Shown: positions 29,398 through 40,124, counted from the stretch's first letter. The stretch is DNA of 64,000 nt from a bacterium (GCA_963693055.1 OY843751.1:1280001-1344000); one strand, 5' to 3'. Numbers and translations are program-made. The notes: generated from the sequence alone by a model not told the origin.

Positions 29398-29472
29398 AAA
29401 ATATAATTATTATTATAATTGTAGTCAATGCTTTTTTGGTCTCATTCAAAAATAGATGCCAAAATTTCTTTT

Positions 29473-29490
29473 CTGTGAAATTATTCACAG
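29473..29490. promoter_or_regulatory. Rex operator 2
   Basis: CTGTGAA-ATTA-TTCACAG palindrome. Confidence 0.78.
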
Positions 29491-29638
29491 TTCGTTCGGT
29501 TTATTTGTAGCGTTCTACGAAAAGTGTATTTTGTTGAATTAAAAAAGTATTTAGATCGTTGTAAATCCCGGTTGCATGGTTGTATAATTTTGTTTAAATT
29601 ACATTTTAACAATGCATTAAAAAGAACAGGTTTCCCAA

Positions 29639-32347
29639 ATGGCAAAAGCGAACAGTACTCCCCGTATGTTTCTTATCGATGGTATGGCAATGGCATACCG
29701 AACCTATTTTGCGTTTATTCGCAATCCTTTGATCAACACAAGAGGGGAGAATGTTAGCGCTGTTTTTGGATTTACAAACATTCTTTTAAATATTTTAGAT
29801 ACTGAAAAACCTGATTATTTTGCTGTTGTGTTTGATACCAAAGAGCCTACCTTTCGGCACAAGCTTTATCCCGAATATAAAGCACAGCGCGCAGAAATGC
29901 CGCAGGATATGATAGACCAGTTGCCACGTTTGCATGAAGTTTTGGATGTACTCAATATCCCTTCAATTTCTATGGATGGATACGAAGCGGATGATATTAT
30001 TGCCACATTGGCTAAAAGGGCTGAAAAGAAAAAGATCCAATCTGTATTGGTTACAGGTGATAAGGATTTTATGCAGCTTGTTACGCCGTTAACTACCATT
30101 TTAAATCCCAGGCGTTCGGGACAGGAGCCCGAGTGGCTGGATGCCAAAGCCGTGGAAAAAAAGATTGGACTGCCCCCGGAACGGATTGTTGATTATTTAT
30201 CTCTTATTGGAGACACATCAGATAATGTGCCGGGCGTTTCAGGTATTGGCCCCAAGACTGCAGTAAGCCTGCTGCAGGAATTTGGTTCGCTTGATAATTT
30301 ATTAAAAAATATTGAAAATATATCCAGTAAACGTGCCCGCACAAGCCTTGAAGGCAATGAAGACAAGGCAGAGTTGGCCCGCAAGTTGATCACAATCGAT
30401 ACTAATGTTCCGGTTGATACCAATCCTGAAGATCTGCTTGTAAAAGAAGCAGATTCGAATAAAGCGGTCGAGTTTTTTACCCGCATGGAATTTAAAACAC
30501 TGACTAACCGATTTGCCGAAGAGACAAAAAAAGTAGAGCAGGAATACCGGATTGTGGATACATCCGAATTGCTCGATAATCTGGTTGTGGATTTGAATGC
30601 CTGTAAAGATTTTGCTTTTGATACTGAAACAACTGACGTGGATCCCATTCGTGCAGAGCTGGTGGGTATATCTATCTCTATGGAGCCGGGAATTGCGTAT
30701 TACATCCCTGTTATGGGACCCAATGATCTGGCCAGTCAAGACAAGGTACTGGAACTTGCAGATGTAAGGAAAAAACTAACACCTGCTTTTGAGGATGAAA
30801 AGAAATCCAAATGTGCGCATAATGCAAAATATGATCTGTTGGTGCTTGAACGGCATGGTTTTAGCATACATGGATTTGTGTTTGATACAATGGTGGCCAG
30901 TTACCTGTTAGACCCGTCATTGCGTCAGCATAATTTAGACGCTCTCAGTCTAACGCATTTGAATATTAAAAAGATTCCTACTACTGATATTATTGGTTCC
31001 GGTAAATCGCAAACTACAATGGACAAGGTACCGGTTGCAACGGTTGGACATTACGCTTGTGAAGACGCGGATGTAACCCTGCGTTTGAAAAATCTATTTG
31101 AAAAGCAACTGGTTGAACATAATCTGATGGACCTTTTTCGCGATTTGGAAATGCCGTTATTATATGTATTAAAGACTGTTGAAAGCAACGGTGTAGCGTT
31201 AGATAAGCAATATCTAAACCGGATGTCGCTGGAGCTTGAAAAAGAGTTGGCAAGTCTTGAACAAAAAATTTATGAAATAGCTGGAAGCCCTTTTAATATT
31301 CAATCTCCGAAGCAGTTGGGTGTGGTGTTGTTTGAAAAATTAAAATTACCACCATCACGCAAGACCAAAACCGGTTACTCTACGGATGTTTCTGTGCTGG
31401 AAACCCTTGCGGTACAGCATGAACTGCCCAAATTGATTCTGGATTTCAGACAGTTGGCTAAGCTAAAATCCACTTATGTGGATGCACTGCCCAAGCTGAT
31501 CCACCCGAAAACCAAAAGGGTGCATACATCGTACAATCAGACTGTTGCAGCCACGGGACGCTTATCGTCAAGTGACCCGAATCTTCAAAATATACCCATT
31601 CGGACCGAGATTGGCAGAAAGATACGCAGGGCGTTTGTAACGCGTGATGATGATCATGTATTGTTGGATGCGGATTATTCACAAATTGAACTTCGGGTCA
31701 TGGCGCATTTGTCCGGAGATGAAACTTTGAAATCTTCATTTCTAAATGATGAAGATGTGCACCGACGTACTGCCTCGCTGGTATTTCATGTTGAACCGGA
31801 AAAAGTTACTGATGATCAGCGCCGCAAAGCCAAAGAAGTCAATTTTGGAATCATGTATGGTATGGGAATATATGGTTTGTCGCAGCGTTTGAATATTAGT
31901 ACTGAAGAAGCAGACCAGTTTATAAAAACCTATTTTGCCAGCTATCCCGGTGTTCAGGATTTTACAATGAACATTATTGATAAAGCCCGTAAAGATGGAT
32001 TTGTTACCACATTGATGAATCGTCGTCGATATTTACCCGAGATTCACAGTGACAATCGCAGGGTACGAGAATTTGCTGAACGCACAGCAATCAATACTCC
32101 CATTCAGGGCACAGCCGCGGACCTGATAAAGCTGGCAATGTTGAACATACAAAAGCGGTTAGAAAAAGAAAAACTGGGTTCTGTTATGATCATGCAGGTT
32201 CATGATGAACTGGTGTTCGAGGTTCCTAAAAAAGAATTAGATTATATGAAAGAGCTGGTTAGGGATGAAATGGAAAATGCAATGAATTTGGATGTACCTG
32301 TCAAAGTAGACATGGATACCGGTGATAACTGGTTTGAAGCACATTAG
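29639..32347 (+). CDS. polA: DNA polymerase I
   Basis: 5'-3' exo (EADD, GIGPKTA), 3'-5' exo (FDTETT), polymerase (DYSQIELR, QVHDEL). Confidence 0.98.
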   Translation: MAKANSTPRMFLIDGMAMAYRTYFAFIRNPLINTRGENVSAVFGFTNILLNILDTEKPDYFAVVFDTKEPTFRHKLYPEYKAQRAEMPQDMIDQLPRLHEVLDVLNIPSISMDGYEADDIIATLAKRAEKKKIQSVLVTGDKDFMQLVTPLTTILNPRRSGQEPEWLDAKAVEKKIGLPPERIVDYLSLIGDTSDNVPGVSGIGPKTAVSLLQEFGSLDNLLKNIENISSKRARTSLEGNEDKAELARKLITIDTNVPVDTNPEDLLVKEADSNKAVEFFTRMEFKTLTNRFAEETKKVEQEYRIVDTSELLDNLVVDLNACKDFAFDTETTDVDPIRAELVGISISMEPGIAYYIPVMGPNDLASQDKVLELADVRKKLTPAFEDEKKSKCAHNAKYDLLVLERHGFSIHGFVFDTMVASYLLDPSLRQHNLDALSLTHLNIKKIPTTDIIGSGKSQTTMDKVPVATVGHYACEDADVTLRLKNLFEKQLVEHNLMDLFRDLEMPLLYVLKTVESNGVALDKQYLNRMSLELEKELASLEQKIYEIAGSPFNIQSPKQLGVVLFEKLKLPPSRKTKTGYSTDVSVLETLAVQHELPKLILDFRQLAKLKSTYVDALPKLIHPKTKRVHTSYNQTVAATGRLSSSDPNLQNIPIRTEIGRKIRRAFVTRDDDHVLLDADYSQIELRVMAHLSGDETLKSSFLNDEDVHRRTASLVFHVEPEKVTDDQRRKAKEVNFGIMYGMGIYGLSQRLNISTEEADQFIKTYFASYPGVQDFTMNIIDKARKDGFVTTLMNRRRYLPEIHSDNRRVREFAERTAINTPIQGTAADLIKLAMLNIQKRLEKEKLGSVMIMQVHDELVFEVPKKELDYMKELVRDEMENAMNLDVPVKVDMDTGDNWFEAH

Positions 32348-32386
32348 AATAGCAGGCAATAACTGAAAAAGAAGAGATGATAATAA

Positions 32387-32800
32387 ATGGAATCCTCTAT
32401 CAGTTTACATATTACCAGTGATCCATCATTACTTAGTTCAATGCGAACGGTTTTGTACAAGATTTGTGAAACTGCCGGATATTCGGTAAGTGAGATCAAC
32501 AAAATAGTGCTTGCTGTTGATGAGGCTTGTGCAAATGTAATTAAACATGCTTATAAAAATGAACGAGAACAACCCATAACCATAAATTGCAGTGTAGGTA
32601 ATGGATTGCTTGAAATAGAAATTTTAGATAATGGCGAACCTGTAGACGTTAAAAAAATCAAATCGCGCGAGCTGGATGAAATTCGTCCCGGTGGTTTGGG
32701 TGTATACCTCATGAAATCTGTGATGGATACGGTCACCTATAGCGGTTCAAAACAGGGCAATTCGTTATATATGTCAAAACAATTACCCAAAAAAGGATAA
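32387..32800 (+). CDS. Anti-sigma factor Ser/Thr kinase (RsbW/SpoIIAB-like)
   Basis: LAVDEACANVIKHAY, ILDNG, GGLGVYLMKSVMD. Confidence 0.9.
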   Translation: MESSISLHITSDPSLLSSMRTVLYKICETAGYSVSEINKIVLAVDEACANVIKHAYKNEREQPITINCSVGNGLLEIEILDNGEPVDVKKIKSRELDEIRPGGLGVYLMKSVMDTVTYSGSKQGNSLYMSKQLPKKG

Positions 32801-32804
32801 CCCC

Positions 32805-33149
32805 GTGAGTTTGGAAATTCGTACTGAAAAAAATGATCAATCAGTCTTGTTGCACATTAAGGGAGAAGTGGATCTGTACTCATCTCCCCAGTTGCGTAAA
32901 GAAATGATGGAACAGATTAAAAAGAAAGCACCGCTTATTCTGATCAATTTAGAGGGTGTGCGATATATGGACAGTTCAGGTGTGGCCACGCTGATTGAAG
33001 GACTGCAGCATTGCAAAAAGTATAAAGGACGGTTTGCATTGTTTGGTCTGCAGGAAAACGTCAAAGAAGTTTTTGAGCTGACCCGTCTCGACAAGATCTT
33101 TGAAATCCATAAAGATCGTGAAAGTGCAACAAATCCGTCTGCCGTATGA
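32805..33149 (+). CDS. STAS anti-sigma antagonist (RsbV/SpoIIAA-like), positionally MlaB-like
   Basis: GEVDLYSSPQLR, YMDSSGVATL, VFELTRLD. Confidence 0.9.
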   Translation: MSLEIRTEKNDQSVLLHIKGEVDLYSSPQLRKEMMEQIKKKAPLILINLEGVRYMDSSGVATLIEGLQHCKKYKGRFALFGLQENVKEVFELTRLDKIFEIHKDRESATNPSAV

Positions 33150-33949
33150 GTGCATTAAATAGAACATTGGCACATGCCGGACAAGGATTTGTTGAATTTC
33201 TTGTGCATTTGACCCGTATTACCAAGTTGAGTGGTCAGGCGCTATTCTGGATTTTTGTGGCACCGTTTACCGGTAGAAAGATTCGCTGGCATTTGACATT
33301 TGTGCAAATGGTCAAGATTGGCGTAAATTCCGTGCCCATTGTGAATATTATCGCGTTCAGTGTGGGATTAATTATTGCCATGCAATCAGCCTATCAGCTG
33401 GCCAGGTTTGGCGCTACCATTTTTGTTGCAGATCTTGTGGGTGTTTCCATGACACGTGAATTGGGTCCGCTGATTACTGCAATTGTGATTGCTGGTCGAA
33501 GTGGTTCTGCCATTGCTGCCGAGTTGGGTACCATGAAAGTCGCTGAAGAAATTGATGCATTGAAAACCATGGCGCTTGATCCTATTGGTTATCTGGTGGT
33601 TCCCAGAACACTGGCAATGCTTATTGTTCTGCCATGTCTGACGGTACTTGCAGATTTTGTTGGAATAGCCGGTGGTTTTGTACTGGCTGTTGTGAATTTA
33701 AAGCTACCGTTTGTTGCTTATTTTAATCAAACTGCAGATGCAATTTTGTTCAAAGATTTTTTAACAGGGCTGATCAAGAGTGGTTTCTTTGCATTGATAA
33801 TTGCCCAGATTGGTGCATACCAGGGATTCAGTGTCTCCGGTGGTGCTGAAGGTGTGGGAAAATCAACAACCGCATCAGTGGTTACATCTATTTTTATGAT
33901 AATTTTTGCTGATTTATTGTTTACAATGCTGTTTTATTCAACGTTATAG
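33146..33949 (+). CDS. mlaE: MlaE-family ABC permease
   Basis: RELGPLITAIVIAGRSGSAIAAELGTM, GGAEGVGKSTT. Confidence 0.9.
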   Translation: MSALNRTLAHAGQGFVEFLVHLTRITKLSGQALFWIFVAPFTGRKIRWHLTFVQMVKIGVNSVPIVNIIAFSVGLIIAMQSAYQLARFGATIFVADLVGVSMTRELGPLITAIVIAGRSGSAIAAELGTMKVAEEIDALKTMALDPIGYLVVPRTLAMLIVLPCLTVLADFVGIAGGFVLAVVNLKLPFVAYFNQTADAILFKDFLTGLIKSGFFALIIAQIGAYQGFSVSGGAEGVGKSTTASVVTSIFMIIFADLLFTMLFYSTL

Positions 33950-33956
33950 AGATTTT

Positions 33957-34751
33957 ATGTCTGAAAATGGACCATTAATTCAAATTCGTGATTTGCATAC
34001 CCGTTATGGTAAACGGGAGATACTTAAAGGAATCAATCTCGATATTTATCCATTCGAAACCCTGGTGATTTTGGGTCGTTCCGGCTGCGGCAAGAGTACA
34101 TTGCTAAGACATCTGATTGGGCTCCAAAAACCAACACAGGGTGAGATTCTGATAAAAGGTAAAGATTTTGTTAAAGCTTCTGAAAAAGATAGAAATGAAA
34201 TATTGAAAAAGATCGGAATGCTTTTTCAGAGTTCTGCGCTGTTTAATTCAATGACAGTGGGTGAGAATGTTGCGTTACCCTTGCGTGAGCACACTCCTCA
34301 GAATGATTCTACCATTAAAATTATGACACGAATCAAGTTGGGGTTGGTAGGTCTTGCAGGATTTGAAGGTTTTATGCCCTCGCAATTATCCGGTGGTATG
34401 AAAAAGCGTGCCGCATTGGCTAGGGCACTGGCAATGGATCCGGATATCTTGTTTTGTGATGAACCATCGGCGGGTTTGGATCCCATTGTTGCTGTGGGGA
34501 TCGATCATTTAATTTTAAAGCTCAAAGATGCTTTTAAAATGACAATTGTTGTAGTTACGCACGAGTTGGAATCTGTATTTATGATTGCAGACCGCATTGC
34601 CTTGTTGCATGAGGGCCAGGTGATCTTTCAGGGTACTAAAGACGAGATGAAGGTATGTACTGATCCTATTGTCAGACAATTCCTTGATCGTCAGCCTGAC
34701 AGCGAGGATGTTGATAAAGACCAGTATTTGGAATCTCTTGTAGGAAATTAA
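33957..34751 (+). CDS. mlaF: MlaF-family ABC ATPase
   Basis: GRSGCGKST, LSGGMKKRAALARA, DEPSAGLDP. Confidence 0.88.
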   Translation: MSENGPLIQIRDLHTRYGKREILKGINLDIYPFETLVILGRSGCGKSTLLRHLIGLQKPTQGEILIKGKDFVKASEKDRNEILKKIGMLFQSSALFNSMTVGENVALPLREHTPQNDSTIKIMTRIKLGLVGLAGFEGFMPSQLSGGMKKRAALARALAMDPDILFCDEPSAGLDPIVAVGIDHLILKLKDAFKMTIVVVTHELESVFMIADRIALLHEGQVIFQGTKDEMKVCTDPIVRQFLDRQPDSEDVDKDQYLESLVGN

Positions 34752-34774
34752 AAATTTAAGGTGTTCAGGAAATT

Positions 34775-35674
34775 ATGGAATACAAATCGAGTGAAATTAA
34801 AGCTGGTATATTTATTCTGTTTAGTATAGTCGCTTTTGTAGTTTTTTTAGTGATCATACTGGGTTTGAATAATATACAGGAAAAAGAAATATACCGGGTA
34901 CGATTCAATTATGTCGGTGGAATTGAAAAAGGCTCTACCGTAAGATATGCCGGTATGGAAGTAGGGCAGATTGTGGATATTTATCTACCCAAGGATGACT
35001 ATCCCGGAGTAGAATTGAAACTGGAAGTGCTCAAAGATACTCCTATCCATGAAGACAGTCATGCATTTATGACCACAATTGGTCTCATGGGCTCGTTTTA
35101 TATTGAGATTACCGCGGGCTCTCCGGATTCTCCCTTGCTGCCTGAAGGAGCGCTGGTCAAGTCTCAAAACGTGACTGGTTTTGCACAGATGTCAAATTCT
35201 GCAACAAAGGTTACTGAAGAATTATATGTTCTCTTGCAGCATATGAATGAAGTGATGAACATGGAGAACCGAGAAAATCTGGGTAAAATGCTTACCGCCA
35301 TGACCGAGATTTCTGAAACAGCAAACCATGAGATGCAAGACATGCTGGCAAGTATGCGCATTCTTTCAGAGAATATGAACAAAACGGTTAATACTGTAAA
35401 TTCTTTACTAGCTCAAAATGATAGTACAATAGCAAATAGCTTGCAGGGTGTTCAATCCCTTGTTGAAAACAGTACAAACACTGTAAATCAGTTAAGCTCT
35501 GTCTTGCAAGAGATGGAGTATAATATATCTAACAATCAGGATAATTATTCCGAGTTAATGAGCAGTATGAATATACTTGTAAGGAACCTGGAAGAATTTA
35601 GTCAAAAGATTAAAGATCAGCCCTGGCAAATGGTCCGTAAAGAAATACCAAGAGAACGTCAACTGGCTGAATAA
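34775..35674 (+). CDS. mlaD: MCE/MlaD protein with long C-terminal helical region
   Basis: N-terminal TM, GGIEKGSTVRYAGMEVG, GLMGSFYIEI. Confidence 0.85.
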   Translation: MEYKSSEIKAGIFILFSIVAFVVFLVIILGLNNIQEKEIYRVRFNYVGGIEKGSTVRYAGMEVGQIVDIYLPKDDYPGVELKLEVLKDTPIHEDSHAFMTTIGLMGSFYIEITAGSPDSPLLPEGALVKSQNVTGFAQMSNSATKVTEELYVLLQHMNEVMNMENRENLGKMLTAMTEISETANHEMQDMLASMRILSENMNKTVNTVNSLLAQNDSTIANSLQGVQSLVENSTNTVNQLSSVLQEMEYNISNNQDNYSELMSSMNILVRNLEEFSQKIKDQPWQMVRKEIPRERQLAE

Positions 35675-35704
35675 ACATAGATTTTGTTGCGGGAGAACGA
35701 TTTA

Positions 35705-36277
35705 ATGAAAAAAATGATCATGTTATTGGCGCTGTTACCATTGCTTTATTGCAGCAGAATGCCGGAAATTCGTTATTTTACTATTAATTACGAGTTTGAA
35801 AAGACCTCTGATAAAAAGTATGATGTTTTATTTATCAAGAATTTTAAAACTGAACCGATATATATTAGTGATAAATTGGTTTACAGGGTATCTGATTACG
35901 AGATTAAATTTGACCACTATCGGCGTTGGGTATTGGCACCTGCAGAAATGTTGAGCGTGCAAACTCTGAATGATCTTAGAAAATCGGGTTTGTTTGACTG
36001 GGTTACTGATGTATTACCCCGACAAAAGGATTTTTTGCGTCTTGAGGGTAAAGTGTTGCAATTTGAAGAAACCCAGCAAAATGGACAACGCTATGCAAAT
36101 GTTAAAGTATTGTTCAGCTTGCATGATAACGATACAGATAATTTGAGATGGAATAAAGAGTTAGGTGCTAAAGTGTTAATTGATTCACCTGACAGTGAAG
36201 GAATTGTTAAAGCTACAAGTCAGGCAGTAAAATTAACAATGGATCAGTTGGTAGATGAGCTGATCAATCTCGAATAA
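35705..36277 (+). CDS. PqiC-like ABC-transport auxiliary lipoprotein
   Basis: Lipobox LLYC, RYFTI, YRRWVLAPAEM; follows the MCE gene. Confidence 0.75.
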   Translation: MKKMIMLLALLPLLYCSRMPEIRYFTINYEFEKTSDKKYDVLFIKNFKTEPIYISDKLVYRVSDYEIKFDHYRRWVLAPAEMLSVQTLNDLRKSGLFDWVTDVLPRQKDFLRLEGKVLQFEETQQNGQRYANVKVLFSLHDNDTDNLRWNKELGAKVLIDSPDSEGIVKATSQAVKLTMDQLVDELINLE

Positions 36278-36354
36278 ATTCTGAACTAATTCGCCTTTTT
36301 AGCGTTGAAATAATAATGAATCGTAAATAGTGTTGTTTCGATTTCGGAGCCTTG

Positions 36355-38685
36355 ATGTCGAAAATTCTTATAATTGATGATGAACCTGAAATTCTGGATA
36401 TTGTAGCTTCTCTGCTGGATTTATTTCTTGAGGATAGCAAGGTTTTTAAAGCTTCCAAAGGTCAGATGGGCATCGAGATTGCAAAAAAGGAACGTCCCGA
36501 TACCATTTTATTAGATATTAACATGCCCGAGATGGATGGGTATGAAGTATGTGGTACATTGAAAAGTGATCCGGATACCCAAAATATTCCTGTAATTATT
36601 CTCACTGGTGTACAAACTGATTCCCACAGTAAAATTAAAGCCCTTGATTTGGGTGCAGATGTTTTCTTGCCAAAGCCAATAAAAGAGGGAGAGCTCATTG
36701 CACATGTCAAGGCCATGTTACGGATTAAACTTGCCGAAGATGAACTCAAAAAAGAAAAAGAACTTTTAAATTTTCTTGTTAAGCAACGTACAGAAGAACT
36801 TAATAAGGCCCGTAAAAGATACCAGCATTTATATGACTTTGCACCGGATCTCTATTTCTCTGTCCGCAAAGATGGAAATATCATATCGGTGAACCGAAAC
36901 GGAGCCAGTTCATTGGGGTATAACCATGAAGAATTGGTAGGCAAGCCTATTTGGGAAATTTTTCATCCTGAAGAGATATCTAGTGTAAAATCACAAATTC
37001 AAAAGATTTTCGACAAGAAGATTGTTAACGGAGAATGGGAGTTCCGCCAGGTCCATAAAAATGGCGATGTAATATGGGTGCAGGAAAAGACATTTTTATT
37101 TTTGAATGAAAAAGGTTACGCGAAGGAACTTTTGATCATGTGTCGTGATGTAACGGCGCAAAAAATTGCAGAAGAATCCTTGCGGGAGAGTGAACAGCAT
37201 TATAGAACCTTGTTTGAGCATGGTAACGATGCTATCTTGCTTTCCAGCCAAACCAAAGATATTATTGATGCAAATATTCAAGCTGTCAAATTATTGGGAT
37301 ATGACAAGAGCGAATTGATAAAGTTTAAATTTGGTACCTTGTTGAAATCATTGAATCACAAAGATTCTCAGCCCCCTGAATTTTCTGATTTAAAGATAAA
37401 TGATCGTTTCGAGTATGAAACGCACATTTTACACAAGGATGAAAGTATAATTCCTGTTCAGGTTTCAATAACACCATTGCAACGAAAGAATAAGAATCTT
37501 TATTTGATTATGCTGCGTGATTTGTCGGAACGTAAAAAAGTTGAAGAAGAAGTTCAAAAATCTCAAAAACTGGAATCCATAGGGATTTTGGCGGGTGGTT
37601 TGGCCCATGATTTTAATAACCGCCTTTCTGTGATTTTGGGTAATGCACAGCTTGGTAGAATGTCTCTGGAAAATGGCGGAGAGGTTGATAAATACTTTGC
37701 CAATATTGAAAAGGGAGCTATTCAAGCTACAACGTTAACGCAGCAACTGTTGACTTTTTCCAAAGGTGGATCGCCAGTTAAAAAATTCTATTCCATCAAA
37801 ACGTTGATCAGTGAGGCTGTTGAGCTGTCACTTAGCGGTTCAAAGACTGGATTGAAATCTGAACTACCGGATGAACTGTGGGCAGTTGAAGTTGATGAAG
37901 GACAAATTGTTCAGGTATTTAATAATTTGATAATCAACGCTGATCAGGCAATGGCAGATGGAGGTTTGTTAACAATCACTGCCGAAAATCTGTCAAAACG
38001 ATCAAAGAAAATTCATGCTGCTTTGAAAAATGGAGATTATATTAGAATTACTATTCAAGATCAGGGAATAGGCATTCCTCAGGCCAATCTTGATAAAATT
38101 TTTGATCCATATTTTACTACCAAGCAGCAAGGCAGTGGTTTAGGTCTGGCTGTTGCTTATTCAATCATCAAAAAACACGATGGACTATTAACAGCTCAAT
38201 CTGAACTGGGCAAAGGCTCTGTTTTTGAAATTTATTTACCGGCTGAACCAGATTATGTTCTTGAACCTGTAGTTAAAGAGGATGAACAATTTATTGGAAA
38301 GGGCAGAGTATTGGTGATGGATGATGAAGAAGCAGTTTTGTCTGTTGTAGATAACTATTTAACAATTTCAGGATATGATGTAGAGATTGCCAAAGATGGT
38401 AATGAAGCGATAGAAATGTATAAAAAAGCTGCTGGTGAAAAAAATGGTTATAATGTGGTAATTATGGATCTAACAATTCCGGGTGGAATTGGTGGGGGCG
38501 AGACCATGGAGATTTTAAAAGAATTTGATCCGGAAATCAACGCGGTTGTGTCTAGTGGTTATTCGAATGATCCCATTATGGCAAATTACGAGGATTATGG
38601 ATTCAAAGGGGTCATAGCAAAGCCTTATCGAATGAACGAATTGGGTAAAGTATTAAATCGAATATTTAACAATAACGTTTCCTAA
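36355..38685 (+). CDS. Hybrid sensor histidine kinase (REC-PAS-PAS-HisKA-HATPase-REC)
   Basis: LAGGLAHDFNN, NLIINA, GSGLGL; REC domains at both ends. Confidence 0.92.
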   Translation: MSKILIIDDEPEILDIVASLLDLFLEDSKVFKASKGQMGIEIAKKERPDTILLDINMPEMDGYEVCGTLKSDPDTQNIPVIILTGVQTDSHSKIKALDLGADVFLPKPIKEGELIAHVKAMLRIKLAEDELKKEKELLNFLVKQRTEELNKARKRYQHLYDFAPDLYFSVRKDGNIISVNRNGASSLGYNHEELVGKPIWEIFHPEEISSVKSQIQKIFDKKIVNGEWEFRQVHKNGDVIWVQEKTFLFLNEKGYAKELLIMCRDVTAQKIAEESLRESEQHYRTLFEHGNDAILLSSQTKDIIDANIQAVKLLGYDKSELIKFKFGTLLKSLNHKDSQPPEFSDLKINDRFEYETHILHKDESIIPVQVSITPLQRKNKNLYLIMLRDLSERKKVEEEVQKSQKLESIGILAGGLAHDFNNRLSVILGNAQLGRMSLENGGEVDKYFANIEKGAIQATTLTQQLLTFSKGGSPVKKFYSIKTLISEAVELSLSGSKTGLKSELPDELWAVEVDEGQIVQVFNNLIINADQAMADGGLLTITAENLSKRSKKIHAALKNGDYIRITIQDQGIGIPQANLDKIFDPYFTTKQQGSGLGLAVAYSIIKKHDGLLTAQSELGKGSVFEIYLPAEPDYVLEPVVKEDEQFIGKGRVLVMDDEEAVLSVVDNYLTISGYDVEIAKDGNEAIEMYKKAAGEKNGYNVVIMDLTIPGGIGGGETMEILKEFDPEINAVVSSGYSNDPIMANYEDYGFKGVIAKPYRMNELGKVLNRIFNNNVS

Positions 38686-38816
38686 AGAATATGTGTTTTG
38701 AATCCGAATTTTGCTTTTCTTTATCATTATTTCCAAAATAATAATTGAGATTTTGTTTGTAATCGCTTTAATTGATTAAGTATATTGGTCCATTTTTACA
38801 ATCAAGAGGTTGAGTA

Positions 38817-39410
38817 ATGGATTCTGAAAAAAATAATCAGTTGGGTGCTGTTATTACTTCCTGGCGGTATTCTCCACAACGGTCTAAAAAGTTTTTATTT
38901 TATATTTTAGGTTTATTGGGTGGTCTGGCTGTCTTTTTAATGTACTATGGTCAAGACCTTTTGCCGTTGTTAAAAGAGATACCCGAGTATTTTCTTTATT
39001 TTTTTGTGTTTCTGATCAGTCCCTTTATCAAATTCTTTAAATCAAACCAAGGTGATCAGGAGTGGACCTTATATAGTAAAGGGTATTCTCTTGTCGTTGT
39101 GGAAAATGATAAAATTATTGATTCAATTACAGGATACTGGAAAGACTATACATCATGTAATTATAAAGAGAAACAAGTGATTTTGTTACCTGCCAACAAG
39201 TCAAAACGAGTACTCAAGATGAACACTCCCAACAATACTCGGGATGTGTATATGGTTTGTCGGGAGCAAATATCAATGGCATGGGAAGAAAGTACTGTAA
39301 AGCAGATTCAGGATCAGCACATTGTCAAGAGTCCACAGCAAAAACATCTGGAAAAATATGAAAAAATGCTTGCCAAACGAAACAAAAGATTGTATGGGCA
39401 CGTAAATTAA
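38817..39410 (+). CDS. Hypothetical membrane protein
   Basis: Two TMs plus PH-like soluble region; GAGG RBS. Confidence 0.6.
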   Translation: MDSEKNNQLGAVITSWRYSPQRSKKFLFYILGLLGGLAVFLMYYGQDLLPLLKEIPEYFLYFFVFLISPFIKFFKSNQGDQEWTLYSKGYSLVVVENDKIIDSITGYWKDYTSCNYKEKQVILLPANKSKRVLKMNTPNNTRDVYMVCREQISMAWEESTVKQIQDQHIVKSPQQKHLEKYEKMLAKRNKRLYGHVN

Positions 39411-39419
39411 AAAAAATGC

Positions 39420-39485
39420 TTGATATTTATATTTTTTTTGACTAAAGTTAACCAACTGGTTAGTTAAACTGAATGGTTAGTTAAA
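39420..39485 (+). promoter_or_regulatory. Promoter and TetR operator
   Basis: TTGATA-17-TAAAGT; palindrome TAACCA-AC-TGGTTA (39449-39462); TGGTTAGTTAAA repeated twice. Confidence 0.65.
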
Positions 39486-40111
39486 TGGAAAAACATGATA
39501 CATCTAAAGAACGGATTATTGAAGCCTCCTGGCAGGAATTTGTAGACAGGGGGTATGACGGTGCACGTATGCAGCGAATTGCGGATAATGCCGGTGTAAA
39601 CAAGGCAATGATCTATTATTATTTTTCTTCAAAGGATGTTTTATTTGAGCAATTATTAAAAACAATTTTTGAAAAATTTTTTGGTAATTTTTTAGAGCAA
39701 TTGTATCTGGAAGATATGACTTTGGAAGAAATTCTTCGATCTTTTGTTGATAAGCATATAGACTTTTTGCAAAAAAATCCAATATTGCCCAAAGTAATCA
39801 TAAGAGAGCTGCATAGCTATAATCCTATAACCAGCAAGATTACTAAAAAGATCTTTGCTAACATGATTTTAGGTGTTATCCCCCAAGTAGATAAGAAAAT
39901 GAAATCTGCAATTGCTGCAGGAGAGATCAGAAATGTTAGTTCAATGCAAACAATTTGGAGTGTAGCGGGTATGAACTTGTTTTTCTTTTTTATGAAACCA
40001 CTTTTAGAATTGGTTATTGAAGCAAATGAGCTTGATGAAGTTGAGGTTTTAGAGGAACGTAAAAAAGCGATTATTGATTTGTTATTGTATGGATTACTTC
40101 CAAGAGATTAA
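39485..40111 (+). CDS. TetR/AcrR-family regulator
   Basis: GYDGARMQRIADNAGVNKAMIYYYFSSK. Confidence 0.92.
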   Translation: MEKHDTSKERIIEASWQEFVDRGYDGARMQRIADNAGVNKAMIYYYFSSKDVLFEQLLKTIFEKFFGNFLEQLYLEDMTLEEILRSFVDKHIDFLQKNPILPKVIIRELHSYNPITSKITKKIFANMILGVIPQVDKKMKSAIAAGEIRNVSSMQTIWSVAGMNLFFFFMKPLLELVIEANELDEVEVLEERKKAIIDLLLYGLLPRD

Positions 40112-40124
40112 TAAAGGTGAAGCT

